Source: an uncultured Planctomycetales bacterium (GTDB taxonomy: Bacteria; Omnitrophota; Gorgyraeia; Gygaellales; Profunditerraquicolaceae). Taken from it: a stretch of DNA of 64,000 nucleotides. Position numbers and translations under genes: made by a program. Numbering within the stretch: position 1 is the first letter of the stretch; every line of letters begins with the position of its first letter. Under the pieces are notes generated by a model, which searched no databases, had not been told where the DNA came from, and saw nothing but the letters and a program-made list of their open reading frames with translations. The stretch lies in NCBI GenBank assembly GCA_964645795.1, contig CAZYCL010000001.1, positions 159,194-223,193 of the forward strand, read 5' to 3'. This document shows, in pieces, positions 1 to 9,936 of the stretch.

Positions 1-398
1 ATGACCTTATCCTTTAACACAACGGTCCCTGCCGCATCATTACTCTCATCCGTTGCGACATTGACCTCTTCGGACAAAAGCTGCCCTGAGGAATCAAGCT
101 TCGAAAGAAAAGCGGAAAGCACAAGGTACAACAGCTCTTCGGCGGATTTAGCTTCGGTATCAGACTCCGATACCTCCAGCATCAACTTCTCCAAACCCGC
201 GCCAGAATCATCCTTTGCCTTGATCTTCAGGGAAATGACGCTCTTTAACAAAGATGCAAAATCCTGTTTCATCGCACCATCTGTCAAGGATAATCCCCTA
301 AGACCAAGCCCTGCTTCCGCCAGCTTAACGCCTTCGGCTTGACCGAAAAGCTTTTCTGCCGTAATCGAGCCCAACGAAAACAAACTGCTCGCGTTCAT
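1..398 (-). CDS. Partial CDS (N-terminal part; extends off left edge), hypothetical protein immediately downstream of fliJ; possibly flagellar (FliK-like or other)
   Basis: Minus-strand frame is open from the ATG at 398 to position 1 (manually translated: MNASSLFSLGSITAEKLFGQAEGVKLAEAG...). A GGAGGTG Shine-Dalgarno lies 11 nt upstream and the start is 2 nt after the fliJ stop. The plus-strand ORF 1..342 is probably its shadow. Confidence 0.5.
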   Translation of the reverse strand, partial: MNASSLFSLGSITAEKLFGQAEGVKLAEAGLGLRGLSLTDGAMKQDFASLLKSVISLKIKAKDDSGAGLEKLMLEVSESDTEAKSAEELLYLVLSAFLSKLDSSGQLLSEEVNVATDESNDAAGTVVLKDKV

Positions 399-400
399 AG

Positions 401-859
401 TTAGTTTTTCACCTCCTTCCTGTGCGTGTAGCCACTAGTGGCTAACTCATCTATTATTTTTGTTTCCCAGCTATCCATCAATTGTTTGTACTCCTGGTAC
501 TGGTTGTCTTTAAGCTTCTCCATGATCTTTCTTTCCTTGGAAGCCGAAACCAGGTCTTCGCGCTTCTTCTCCACGCTTTCTATGAGACTCTCGATAAGCG
601 TAATCTGCTCTCTTGCCCTCTCCTTGCAGGAGATAAAATATCGATAGTAGTTAAGTATGCGCTCCAGATCGAAGATCTTGCCGCTCTGAGACTCTCTCAT
701 CTTCTCCTGGGCCGAATAAATTTTGGCTTCAAGCTCCTTAAGGAAATCCTGCTCTTTGAGCAAAAGTTCTTTTAGATAGGCCAACTCGCGCTTACGCTGG
801 TCCTCTATCTTCTTGCGGAATTCCAATACGCTCTCGAGCCTGAATTTAAAATTTGCCAT
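401..859 (-). CDS. fliJ: Flagellar export protein FliJ
   Basis: 152-aa coiled-coil protein directly downstream of fliI in a fliE-F-G-H-I-J gene order. Confidence 0.7.
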   Translation of the reverse strand: MANFKFRLESVLEFRKKIEDQRKRELAYLKELLLKEQDFLKELEAKIYSAQEKMRESQSGKIFDLERILNYYRYFISCKERAREQITLIESLIESVEKKREDLVSASKERKIMEKLKDNQYQEYKQLMDSWETKIIDELATSGYTHRKEVKN

Positions 860-867
860 GGTCCTTG

Positions 868-2187
868 CTAGTTGAACATACCGATAAGCCTGGATACGGT
901 CTCTTCGTAGCCGGCCTTATCGGCTATCTCCTGCCTTAAGAACGCATTTATCTGCTCAAGCATATTGCAGGCATAATCTATCTTTTCGTTGCTGCCCTTA
1001 ACGTAGGCGCCTATGTTTATGAGGTCGCGGGCATCGCGGTAAGTAACCAGAATATCCCGTATCTTATTGGCCGCCAGAACATGCTCTCGGCACGCCACCT
1101 CGATCATCAACCTGCTTATGCTCATAAGCACATCAATCGGGGGGTAATGGCCGCTGGCAGCCAGCTCCCGCGAAAGCACGATGTGGCCGTCAAGGATACT
1201 CCTTACCGTATCGGCAATCGGCTCGTTCATGTCGTCAGCCTCTACGAGTACCGTATATATTCCGGTAATGCTTCCATTGCTGGAGGTGCCGGTTCTTTCA
1301 AGCAGACGCGGCAGCAGCGCGAACACCGAAGGGGTATAGCCTTTGGTTGCCGGAGGCTCGCCTATCGCCAGGCCCACTTCTCTTTGCGCCATGGCAAACC
1401 GCGTCACCGAATCCATCATGAACATGACGTTTTTACCCTTATCCCTAAAATACTCCGCTATGGCGGTGGCGACTTGCGCGCCTTTGATGCGGATAAGAGC
1501 CGGCTGATCGCTGGTAGATACCACCACTACCGAGCGCCTTAAGCCTTCTTGCCCAAGGTCCTTCTCGATAAAATCCCTGACCTCTCTTCCGCGCTCCCCT
1601 ATCAGGGCGATTACATTTATATCGGCGCTGGTGTAGCGGGCGATCATGCCCATTAAGACGCTTTTACCGATGCCGCTGCCTGAAAATATCCCAATCCTTT
1701 GTCCTCGCCCCAGTGTCAGCATACCGTCGATCGCCCGCACGCCTACGGACAAATGCTCTTTGATGCGAATCCTCTCGAGGGGGTTGGGCGGGTTATTGTG
1801 CACCGGATACTCCTTTTCACTGATTATGGCCGGCTTTGAATCAAGCGGTGAACCAAGACCGTCTATGACCCTGCCCAACAGCTCATCGCTCACCTTTACG
1901 CTAAGACAATGTCCGCTGGCGACGACCTCGGAGCCGGAACAGATATTACCCATCTCGCCCAAAGGCATAAGCAACACTTTGTTATCCCGGAAACCAACAA
2001 CTTCAGACTGCACAGGGACAGAATTTTTCTTCGGATATATATAGCAAAGTTCTCCGATCGAAACAGCCGGGCCTTCGCTCTCGATAACCAGGCCTACTAC
2101 CTGTTTGACGCGGCCATTGAGCTTGACCGGGTCAGAGGCATTCAGAACCCTTGCGTATTTGTCAAAATCAAGTGTTTCCGGAAACAT
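868..2187 (-). CDS. fliI: Flagellum-specific ATPase FliI
   Basis: Walker A motif GSGIGKS and F1-ATPase beta-like sequence throughout; position between fliH and fliJ. Confidence 0.9.
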   Translation of the reverse strand: MFPETLDFDKYARVLNASDPVKLNGRVKQVVGLVIESEGPAVSIGELCYIYPKKNSVPVQSEVVGFRDNKVLLMPLGEMGNICSGSEVVASGHCLSVKVSDELLGRVIDGLGSPLDSKPAIISEKEYPVHNNPPNPLERIRIKEHLSVGVRAIDGMLTLGRGQRIGIFSGSGIGKSVLMGMIARYTSADINVIALIGERGREVRDFIEKDLGQEGLRRSVVVVSTSDQPALIRIKGAQVATAIAEYFRDKGKNVMFMMDSVTRFAMAQREVGLAIGEPPATKGYTPSVFALLPRLLERTGTSSNGSITGIYTVLVEADDMNEPIADTVRSILDGHIVLSRELAASGHYPPIDVLMSISRLMIEVACREHVLAANKIRDILVTYRDARDLINIGAYVKGSNEKIDYACNMLEQINAFLRQEIADKAGYEETVSRLIGMFN

Positions 2188-3019
2188 CGCTTTCCTCTTT
2201 GTCCTGGATCCCGGTTATCTTTTTAAGTTCGCTTATCTGCTTTTCAATGCGCGCCTCAACGCTGCCTGAAGGGGTCTCTATGACGCAGCCGCCCTTATCC
2301 ACTTTTGAATCAGGCTTAAGCTCAAAGCTGTCGATGCCCTCAACAAAGCTGCAAAGCTTTTTTTTGCTCTCTTCTACCAGGTCAAACTGATCGGGATTGA
2401 CCCTTACTACAATAGAGGCCTTGGCGCTAACCCTGGAAAGGGCATCCCTGATGTTGTTCAAAACGACTTGGCTGTTCTTCTCTGCTTCGCTCTTTATAAC
2501 CTTCTCGGCTATATCCATAGCCAGCTTTACCAGCGGGCTCTCGGCAGTCTTGATGACGTCCTTATAAGAGTTCTTCAGCGCTTCCAGAAAAACCCGCAGT
2601 TGTTCGGCCTCGGCCTGGAAAAGCTTTGAATACTTCTCTTCCATCTCGGCCTCGGCTTTTTTGAGCCCTTCTTCGTATCCCTGCCTCAGGCCTTCTTTGC
2701 GGAAATCTTCCACTTTTTTTTCCGCCAGCACTATAAGGGTCCGGGCCTCTTCTTCCGCGTCTTTGAGGATCTTGGCGGCTTGAACCTCCGACTCGCTTAC
2801 AAAGTGGCTGGCTTCATCTTTTAACCTGCGGGAATCTTCCTCGGTAAAAAGCTTTACCTTGTTGACATCCGCGGTAAAATCCTTCAAAGGAAGATTCTGG
2901 ATATCGTATGGGGAAACCTTTGTCTGTCTGTATTTGATTATCTCAGACAACCCTCTCCTCCTCGCCGCGCTTGGGTATGGTGATCTCTCCCGCCTGCTCC
3001 AGCCTTCGAATGACCTCAA
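2168..3019 (-). CDS. fliH: Flagellar assembly protein FliH. True start is probably the TTG near 2950, overlapping the fliG stop.
   Basis: Helical, charged protein between fliG and fliI. The track ORF overlaps fliG by 77 nt; the sequence GTTGTCTGAG at 2943-2951 suggests coupled TTG initiation. Confidence 0.65.
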   Translation of the reverse strand: MRSFEGWSRRERSPYPSAARRRGLSEIIKYRQTKVSPYDIQNLPLKDFTADVNKVKLFTEEDSRRLKDEASHFVSESEVQAAKILKDAEEEARTLIVLAEKKVEDFRKEGLRQGYEEGLKKAEAEMEEKYSKLFQAEAEQLRVFLEALKNSYKDVIKTAESPLVKLAMDIAEKVIKSEAEKNSQVVLNNIRDALSRVSAKASIVVRVNPDQFDLVEESKKKLCSFVEGIDSFELKPDSKVDKGGCVIETPSGSVEARIEKQISELKKITGIQDKEESDVSGNT

Positions 3020-3947
3020 GGACAGCCTGCTGAGCTTCTTCCGCCTGCTTGACCTTGACCGGGCCCAAATACGACATTTCCTCTTTTAAGAGGTCTTTGG
3101 CGCGGTCGGACATATTCTTAAAGATCTTCAGCTTTACCTGATCGTCCGAAAGCTTCAATGCAAGAGTCAACTGTTTGGAATCGACTTCGCGGATGATCCT
3201 CTGGACCGCTTTATCATCAAGGATCACTATATCGGTGAATACGAACATGAACTTCTTGACTTCATCGGCAAGCTGATTATTGATGCTGTTAAGCTTATCC
3301 AGCACCTGGCTTTCGGTATCGTGGTCGGCGCGGTTTAAGATCTCAGCCAAAACCTTCTTTCCGGAAGACTGGCCGGAGAACGGACTGGTGACGGTCTGGT
3401 AGCTCTGGGAAACAACGACTTTCTCCAGGGCGCGGTTGATATCCTTGACGGTATCTTCCTGGACATATTTGGCGTTGGCGATACGCAAGGCTACCTCGCC
3501 TTTGACGTCTTCGGGTAGACGCGTTAACACCGCGGCTGCCTGCTCCGGAGAAATATAAGAAAGCACGGTGGATATCGTCTGCGGATGCTCTTTATAGAGG
3601 ATACCCACGAGCCTGTCTACGGGCATATCTTTAAGGTAGCGGAACGGATGGACGTCGCTTAAGCGGTTGATAATGCTCATTGCGCGGGCCGAACCCAAGG
3701 TTCTGACCAGGACGTCTTTTAAAAAACCCATGCCTCCGCGGGAGCTGGTTTCGTTAAGCAGGAACTCATGGAATTCGTTGACTACTTCGTTAATCACCTC
3801 GGATTTTACCACGCCCAGACGCGCGATCTCCAAAGAGACCTCTTCCACCTGGTGCTCCTCCATAAACTTAAATATCTGACTGCTTAATTCAGGACCGAAG
3901 TAAATAAGTAAAACCGCTGCTTTCTGTCTGTTGGTTAGCTGTGCCAT
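2943..3947 (-). CDS. fliG: Flagellar motor switch protein FliG
   Basis: 334 aa; N-terminus MAQLTNRQKAAVLL...; position after fliF. Confidence 0.9.
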   Translation of the reverse strand: MAQLTNRQKAAVLLIYFGPELSSQIFKFMEEHQVEEVSLEIARLGVVKSEVINEVVNEFHEFLLNETSSRGGMGFLKDVLVRTLGSARAMSIINRLSDVHPFRYLKDMPVDRLVGILYKEHPQTISTVLSYISPEQAAAVLTRLPEDVKGEVALRIANAKYVQEDTVKDINRALEKVVVSQSYQTVTSPFSGQSSGKKVLAEILNRADHDTESQVLDKLNSINNQLADEVKKFMFVFTDIVILDDKAVQRIIREVDSKQLTLALKLSDDQVKLKIFKNMSDRAKDLLKEEMSYLGPVKVKQAEEAQQAVLEVIRRLEQAGEITIPKRGEEERVV

Positions 3948-3950
3948 GGC

Positions 3951-5555
3951 TTATGTCCCCGATATCCAGTTCTTCAGTGCTTCTGCTACTTCCTTAGGTT
4001 TCTCTCTTGCTAATACCTCCAGCTGTTTATTTAACTCCGGCTCCTTGGAGCCCGCGGCCAGCCCCGTCGAAGTTATGACGTCGGCAAGCCTGGTCTGGCC
4101 CGGTACGGGTATAGCGGCGACTTCTTTTGCCCGCTTTACCTCCTCGGCGGCTTTTCTAACCACCGTCTGGTGCCTGATCATGGAAACAGCAAACAACAAT
4201 ATTATGATGGTAACGAATATTACGCTTGCGGTCTTTACGGAGCTGGATATAAGCTCTTTGGTAGCCAGCTTGTCCATCTCCTTCTTTTCCTGCTCCAGGT
4301 ATGTCTTATCGAAATCTACGGTCTCTACTACTATCTGATCGCCTCTCTGCTGGTTAAGGCCGATGCCGGATGAGACCGCCTGTTTAATAGTGTTTATCTT
4401 TTCTGCGGGGAGGTTGCCATCAAGCAGCACCGCCACAGACAACCTTTTTATCTCACCCGGAGTGGAAATGGAGTGCGCGACTTTCTTGTTGATCTCGTAA
4501 TTGGCTACGGACTCATCCTTTGTATAATCGGAGCTGCCGCCGCTTGAGGATGTCTGCTGGTAACCCGGGACATTACCTATATTAGTAGTGGCGCCTGGCA
4601 CGCCTACCCCGGCGGTTGAGCCCGTGCCCTTGAAGTATTCGCTCTTTTTCTGCTGACTTCGCAAGATTCCGCCTTCTTTCATGCCTTCGATCGGCACATA
4701 CGTCTCTTCGGTAGCCTCCTTCTTGGCCAAATCAATCTCTACCGTTGCCCTGACTACCGCCCTGCCCGGGCCAAGGATCCTGGCAAGCATCGAGGCAACC
4801 TGGCTCTCGACGTGAGTCTCCAGCTGTTTTTTAAGCTCGTACTGAGAACTGACTATTTCTGAGGTAAACGCGTACTGGTCTTCGTCATAAGAACGGGATA
4901 AGAGCGTGCCGTTGGTATCGATAACCGAAATATTATTCTCCTTTAAACCTTCAACGCTGGTTTTTACCAGATTAAGGATGGCCTTGATCTGTCCTTTTTC
5001 GATTCGCGCAGACGGCTTGAGCTTTAAGATCACGCTGGCGCTAGGCTCCTTTTCTTTTTCGGTGTAAAGCTCTTTTTCGGGCAAAACCAGGTGCACCCTG
5101 GCCTGCTCGACCGCGGATATCTGGCGGATCGTACGCTCAAGCTCACCCTGCAGGGCGCGCTGGAAGTTAAGCCGCTGGGTAAACTCGGTCATCCCCAGGA
5201 AGTTCTTGTCGAATATCTCAAAACCAACCCCCCCTCCCTGCGGCAGGCCCTGGCCGGCCAGCGATATACGCGTTTCATATACGCTCTTTGCCGGAACTTT
5301 TATGGTCTTTCCGCCGTCAGCGAGCTGGAACTGTACCCGGGTTTCCCTTAATTTGACAACAATGGCGCTGGCATCTTCCGGTCCGAGATTGGTAAAAAGC
5401 GGCGCGTAATCTGTGCGGCCGGCATAAAAGGATATGGCCACTAATGAGCCGAGAATCACCAGTGAAAAGACGGCAATCAATACCCTCTGCTGCGCATTGA
5501 GCCCCTGCCAGTACTTCTGGAACTGTCCCTGCAGTCTCAAGATTAGATCCTTCAT
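3951..5555 (-). CDS. fliF: Flagellar M-ring protein FliF
   Basis: 534 aa; N-terminal TM segment, typical FliF N-terminus (LNAQQRVLIAVF...), C-terminal TM segment. Confidence 0.9.
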   Translation of the reverse strand: MKDLILRLQGQFQKYWQGLNAQQRVLIAVFSLVILGSLVAISFYAGRTDYAPLFTNLGPEDASAIVVKLRETRVQFQLADGGKTIKVPAKSVYETRISLAGQGLPQGGGVGFEIFDKNFLGMTEFTQRLNFQRALQGELERTIRQISAVEQARVHLVLPEKELYTEKEKEPSASVILKLKPSARIEKGQIKAILNLVKTSVEGLKENNISVIDTNGTLLSRSYDEDQYAFTSEIVSSQYELKKQLETHVESQVASMLARILGPGRAVVRATVEIDLAKKEATEETYVPIEGMKEGGILRSQQKKSEYFKGTGSTAGVGVPGATTNIGNVPGYQQTSSSGGSSDYTKDESVANYEINKKVAHSISTPGEIKRLSVAVLLDGNLPAEKINTIKQAVSSGIGLNQQRGDQIVVETVDFDKTYLEQEKKEMDKLATKELISSSVKTASVIFVTIIILLFAVSMIRHQTVVRKAAEEVKRAKEVAAIPVPGQTRLADVITSTGLAAGSKEPELNKQLEVLAREKPKEVAEALKNWISGT

Positions 5556-5629
5556 TTTTCTTCCCTCTGATTATTCGCGGCTGGCCCCTGCGCCTGGATC
5601 GCCGCAAAAGCCCTAAAAGCCGGTTAATG

Positions 5630-5932
5630 TTAGACCTGCATGCGCATGATCTCTTGATAAGCGTCAATGACCTTATTGCGCAATTGCATCGCAAGATTGA
5701 GCGTAAGCTCTGCCTTCTGTATCGAAACCATGACACTGTGAACGTCGATGCTTTCGCCCCTTAAAAAACTGGTGATGGCGCCATCCGCTTCCAGTTGCGA
5801 GCTGTTTAACTTCCCCAAGGCGTCCTTGAGAAAACTGCCGAAGGATTCCGTAGCTGAGTTTTGCTCTTTGGTATTTCCGACCTGAATGTCGTAAAGCTGT
5901 CTTATGGGACTGGCATAGATCTTTTCTATCAT
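5630..5932 (-). CDS. fliE: Flagellar hook-basal body protein FliE
   Basis: 100 aa; C-terminal MQVRNKVIDAYQEIMRMQV-like motif. Confidence 0.85.
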   Translation of the reverse strand: MIEKIYASPIRQLYDIQVGNTKEQNSATESFGSFLKDALGKLNSSQLEADGAITSFLRGESIDVHSVMVSIQKAELTLNLAMQLRNKVIDAYQEIMRMQV

Positions 5933-5951
5933 CTTTAGACCTCTTTGTAGT

Positions 5952-6395
5952 TTAAACCCGGCCGATATCCAGGGCGCGGTTAAATATGGACTTGGAAGCG
6001 CTTAAGGCCATGAGATTGGCCTCATACGCGCGCGTTGCCGACATCATATCCACCATTTCGCTGACGATGTTGATGTTAGGCATCGCGACATAACCTTCTG
6101 CGTTGGCATCAGGGTGGCTCGGATTAAAGATCATCTGAAAAGGAGAGTTGTCTTCGACTATTGCGGCGACCCTCACGCCGTCACCCAGCGCCTGATTCTC
6201 TCTTGGGACAGGGAGGTTTAACATCAACTCCCTAAGCCTTGATTCGAATATGGGCATCTGCCTTCTATAGGGCGTGCCCTGGGCAGTGCGAGTGGTGTTT
6301 ATATTAGCGATGTTGTTGGAGATGATGTCCATGCGCAGCCGCTGCGCAGTCAAACCGCTGGCAGAAATATCGAAACCGGAGTGTCCGTCATACAT
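5952..6395 (-). CDS. flgC: Flagellar basal-body rod protein FlgC
   Basis: 147 aa; the N-terminal SGLTAQRLRMDIISNNIANINTT motif is the rod-family signature. Confidence 0.9.
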   Translation of the reverse strand: MYDGHSGFDISASGLTAQRLRMDIISNNIANINTTRTAQGTPYRRQMPIFESRLRELMLNLPVPRENQALGDGVRVAAIVEDNSPFQMIFNPSHPDANAEGYVAMPNINIVSEMVDMMSATRAYEANLMALSASKSIFNRALDIGRV

Positions 6396-6396
6396 T

Positions 6397-6825
6397 TTAC
6401 TTTCCCTCCCTTATCGCGCCCTTGATCATGCTCAGCTTTGAAATGAGCATTTGGACATAGGCACTGTAATAAGAATTGTTCTTGGTCAATTCGACCATTT
6501 CTTTGTCTATATCAACATTGTTGCCGTCGTTGCGGAAGGTAAGGTTGGACTCCTGGACCGTGGTGAAGTTAACTTCGTTATTACCTATTCCCTGGAGGTG
6601 TTTGGAGTCGGTGGTGGCCAGTTTCAAATTCGGCCCGCCGCTGGTCCTGTCTATGGCTTTTTTAAGCTCTTCCTGGAAAGGCACATCGGAACGCTTGAAA
6701 TTGGGCACATCGACATTGGCGATATTGTTGGAGATGACCTGCTGGCGTTTGGCAGCGCCGTCCAGGCCTTTTTCAAGGTAGTTGATCGTTTTGTCGCCCG
6801 AAATACCGAAAACCTGGTCCGCCAT
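6397..6825 (-). CDS. flgB: Flagellar basal-body rod protein FlgB
   Basis: NNIANVDVPNFKR motif. Start trimmed from the track ORF (6891) to the ATG at 6825, which has a perfect AGGAGG Shine-Dalgarno 6 nt upstream. Confidence 0.85.
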   Translation of the reverse strand: MADQVFGISGDKTINYLEKGLDGAAKRQQVISNNIANVDVPNFKRSDVPFQEELKKAIDRTSGGPNLKLATTDSKHLQGIGNNEVNFTTVQESNLTFRNDGNNVDIDKEMVELTKNNSYYSAYVQMLISKLSMIKGAIREGK

Positions 6826-7042
6826 AGCCTGGCCTCCTAAAAACAAAAAAAGCAATCCTGCGCTCCCCAAGGGAGCCAGAATTGCCCTCATGATAAATTA
6901 AAAATAGTATTTCTCTTGTCGCCTCTGTCAGTCAGCAACAGATGGCTTCCGCAAAGCGGACCAGCCATATTTACCTCTCTCTTTGTACTCGTTAAAAATC
7001 TAACACAATTTCTCATCTTTGTCAAGAGTTTTCGCTTTGCCC

Positions 7043-7660
7043 CTATGCGACTAATGATTTATATATAAAATGGCGTTTGCCCCGTTCATTCCCGGACTGC
7101 GCTATCTTCTTGACCAGCTTTAGTTTATGCAGGTTTATCAGCCTGGTACTGGCGGTATTAAGCTCGAGCTTCAACATCTGCGCCAACTCGGAAGAAGACA
7201 CCGACCCCCTCTTCATGATCACTTCCAGTGTCTTAAATAGATAATCGTTGATCACGCCGATTATCTGCCAGCCGTTATCCGGCTTGATTTCAAGGATTGC
7301 CAGATTTTTACGTTCAAGCGCTACATGGATGTTTTCCTGCTGGGTAGGCGTAAGATTGGCAAGGTAGACGTATTTGTCGCCATACTCGTTCAACTCCAAG
7401 CGTGAAACAAGCCTTGCCATTACTTCATCGGCGCATGAATAATCAATGGCGCCTACGCCCGAGAAATCAAGTATTATGGTATCGGCGCCTTCAGACCCAT
7501 TTATCTCTTTTTCAATACGGGAGAATATCTTCTGCCCCAATTGGCGGGTCATCAAATCAAAGGAGTTGGATTTGATCTCTTCTTTAATGATTGTCTTTAA
7601 TTTGATGATGAAAGTAGGGTTATCCATAATCTTCAAATGTTTCAATTGAAACTTTAGCAC
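7043..7660 (-). CDS. Hypothetical regulatory protein: STAS-like (DUF4325-like) N-terminal region plus C-terminal winged-helix-like segment. Start may be at MDNPTF (7627).
   Basis: Motif IILDFSGVGAIDYSCADEV resembles STAS/anti-sigma-antagonist-like folds; C-terminal SSSELAQMLKLELNTASTRLINLHKLKLV looks like an HTH. Recognised from memory only. Confidence 0.35.
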   Translation of the reverse strand: MLKFQLKHLKIMDNPTFIIKLKTIIKEEIKSNSFDLMTRQLGQKIFSRIEKEINGSEGADTIILDFSGVGAIDYSCADEVMARLVSRLELNEYGDKYVYLANLTPTQQENIHVALERKNLAILEIKPDNGWQIIGVINDYLFKTLEVIMKRGSVSSSELAQMLKLELNTASTRLINLHKLKLVKKIAQSGNERGKRHFIYKSLVA

Positions 7661-7759
7661 AATTTATAATCTTGTCAAGTATTTTTTTATATTTTTTAAA
7701 GAGGTGTTAGCCCGGGCAGAAAAACTCCCCCTGCCCGGCCTAATCACGGGGCAAGATGA

Positions 7760-7984
7760 CTAGAACTGGATCTGGCAGACCTTTTTGCCGCTGCCAAGGT
7801 CCTTAATGGAAAGCAGAACTTTGCTGGAACGCTGACACCAGGTGCGGATATCCTGCTCAAAAGTCGGGCAGTCAGCGGTAACTTCAAGCACATCACCGGC
7901 TTTCATCTGTGGTGCTTTCATGGAAACCTTGATTAAAGGTTGGGGGCACTTTAATCCCAAACAATCCATCTTCTCTGTAGCCAT
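7760..7984 (-). CDS. TusA-like sulfurtransferase family protein
   Basis: CPxP motif (LKCPQPLIK); about 70 aa. Confidence 0.7.
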   Translation of the reverse strand: MATEKMDCLGLKCPQPLIKVSMKAPQMKAGDVLEVTADCPTFEQDIRTWCQRSSKVLLSIKDLGSGKKVCQIQF

Positions 7985-8009
7985 TCATTCACCTCCTTTG
8001 AATAAGATT

Positions 8010-8513
8010 TTATCGGATTATTTCTTTCATGGCCAAACTGGCCAATCTATCGATGCTTTTCTTGATTAACGGCGTAACTTCGCAGCTAAACTCATCTTTT
8101 GGCTCTATCTCGACAGCATAAATCACGACTTGCGGCATATCAAGCTTTAGCCCGCCGGCCATCTCCAAGAAAGCAGGAATACCGAACTGATGCGTGGAGT
8201 ATTTGGCTATCTTCCGGGAAAACGAGCTTTTTTTCAACTTATGGATCTTCCCGGGCTTGGCCTCTTTGGTGCTGATGGAGTCGATTATAACGGCTTTTTT
8301 GTAACCGGGTAACAACTCCAGCATATTTACGCCTGAATCCTCCATTTGGCGTATGTCAACCTTATCCCTCAAAGAGCTATCGAGCTTTTCTTCCAGTGCG
8401 CGCGCTGCCAATATCCCGGCAGCATCGTCCCCGCGTATGGTATTACCTACACCCAGGATGAGCGTCTTCTTAGTCCCTGCGGATCTCTTCTTTAAGCCGG
8501 CCTTGCCTGTCAT
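8010..8513 (-). CDS. [NiFe] hydrogenase maturation endopeptidase (HycI/HyaD family)
   Basis: ILGVGNTIRGDDAAG motif; immediately downstream of the large-subunit gene. Confidence 0.85.
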   Translation of the reverse strand: MTGKAGLKKRSAGTKKTLILGVGNTIRGDDAAGILAARALEEKLDSSLRDKVDIRQMEDSGVNMLELLPGYKKAVIIDSISTKEAKPGKIHKLKKSSFSRKIAKYSTHQFGIPAFLEMAGGLKLDMPQVVIYAVEIEPKDEFSCEVTPLIKKSIDRLASLAMKEIIR

Positions 8514-9936
8514 AGATGCTCACGATCAAAGGCATCTCCCCCGGAAGGCTATGGGTGGCACAGCCGAAACACGGATCATAGGCGCGAAAAGCCATCTCTA
8601 CCATATTAAGGATCCCGTCGGAGACTACCGTGCCGGATTTGATCAACCCTTGTGCCGCCTTCAAGATGGACATGCATATGGCAGCGGAGTTATTTTGGGT
8701 AGCCACAATAAGATTCGCCTGGGTTATAATACCTTTTTTGTCGGTTTTATAGTGGTGGAAAAGCGTGCCGCGGGGAGCCTCGACCACCCCTACCCCTTCT
8801 GTCGGCTCCTGCGTCGGAATACTCCTTACCTTAGGGCTTTCAATGTCTTTATCCGCGGCTAACTCCGCGATCCTTTCCGCCGCGTACATTACCTCGACTA
8901 ATCTCGCCCAATGATAAGCCAGTGTATTGTGCAGTGGTTTGGGGCCCAACGTCTTATACATCCTTTCGTATTCAACCTGAGCCAGGGGCGTAGCCATGCC
9001 TTCGCTGGCATTAAGGCGGGCTAAGGGGGCCACCCTGAATACTCCGCTGTCAGGCCCATCGACAAGCCCCTTCCATCCGATCTTCTTAAGATACATCATC
9101 TTAAGATACGACCAGGGAACCACTGTTTCTTCAATGTGATCAAGGTAGTCCTTGGCCTCGAACTTAGCAAACTCCTTGCCGTCAGGAGAAACTACCCGGA
9201 GCTTTCCGTCGTAGAAATTAATCTTATTGCGCTCATCCACCAACCCCATGTAATAAGTCTTGTGGTAATAGATATCGCCGGCAACGATATCGACATACTT
9301 TTTATTCTTTAAGACCACGTCCTCGAATACTTTAAGGGAAAACTTGGCAAACTCAACCAGCTCAGGCGCTACTTCGCGGATCATTTTGACTTCATCCTTG
9401 GAAAGCGCTTTAGAGATCCCGCCGGGAAGGCCGCATACCGGATACAGGGAGCTGCCGCTTATGGTGCCGTTTATGGCGCGTGCCTTTTTACGAATATCGA
9501 TGACTTTCTTACCGATCTCCACCCCAACCTTATTGATAACACCCAGGATATTTCTTTCTGCTTTCGGCGCATCCGGACCAACGACAAAATCCGGGCCACC
9601 CAGGAAATAGAAGTGTAAAAGATGGTCTTCGTAGGTAAAGGCGTTGTACATGATTTCGCGGATCTTTTTTGCCGCGGGAGGCGGGTCGACATGAAATAGC
9701 GCATCTAAAGTTTTTGCGCCGCACATGTGGTGGGCGGTAGGGCAGACCCCGCAGATCTTCTGGGTAAGCGCCGGCATCTCCTCGGCTGCCCTGCCCTGGC
9801 AGAACCTCTCAAAACCACGGAACTCCGGCACCTGGAAGTAGGCATAATCGACATCGCCCTTATCGTTAAGAAAGATGTTGATCTTTCCGTGTCCTTCAAG
9901 GCGCGTAATCGGGTCAATCGTAATTACTTTTGCCAT
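8470..9936 (-). CDS. mvhA: [NiFe] hydrogenase large subunit, Mvh type (group 3c-like, MvhA)
   Basis: N-terminal RLEGHG motif and C-terminal DPCFGCATH nickel-binding motif followed by a cleavable extension; co-operonic with mvhD and hdrA. Confidence 0.9.
   Translation of the reverse strand: MAKVITIDPITRLEGHGKINIFLNDKGDVDYAYFQVPEFRGFERFCQGRAAEEMPALTQKICGVCPTAHHMCGAKTLDALFHVDPPPAAKKIREIMYNAFTYEDHLLHFYFLGGPDFVVGPDAPKAERNILGVINKVGVEIGKKVIDIRKKARAINGTISGSSLYPVCGLPGGISKALSKDEVKMIREVAPELVEFAKFSLKVFEDVVLKNKKYVDIVAGDIYYHKTYYMGLVDERNKINFYDGKLRVVSPDGKEFAKFEAKDYLDHIEETVVPWSYLKMMYLKKIGWKGLVDGPDSGVFRVAPLARLNASEGMATPLAQVEYERMYKTLGPKPLHNTLAYHWARLVEVMYAAERIAELAADKDIESPKVRSIPTQEPTEGVGVVEAPRGTLFHHYKTDKKGIITQANLIVATQNNSAAICMSILKAAQGLIKSGTVVSDGILNMVEMAFRAYDPCFGCATHSLPGEMPLIVSIYDRQGRLKEEIRRD

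Noticed and set aside
1-342. Plus-strand 113-aa Ser-rich ORF
   Set aside because: It lies antisense to a well-supported minus-strand CDS that has a Shine-Dalgarno and operon context. Its composition is typical of a shadow ORF.
7700-7732. Hairpin GCCCGGGCAG...CTGCCCGGC after the TusA-like gene as an intrinsic terminator
   Set aside because: There is no U-tract immediately 3' on the minus strand. It may still be a Rho-dependent or processing structure, so it was not called.
8353-8862. Plus-strand 169-aa ORF
   Set aside because: Entirely antisense to the mvhA and hydrogenase protease genes.
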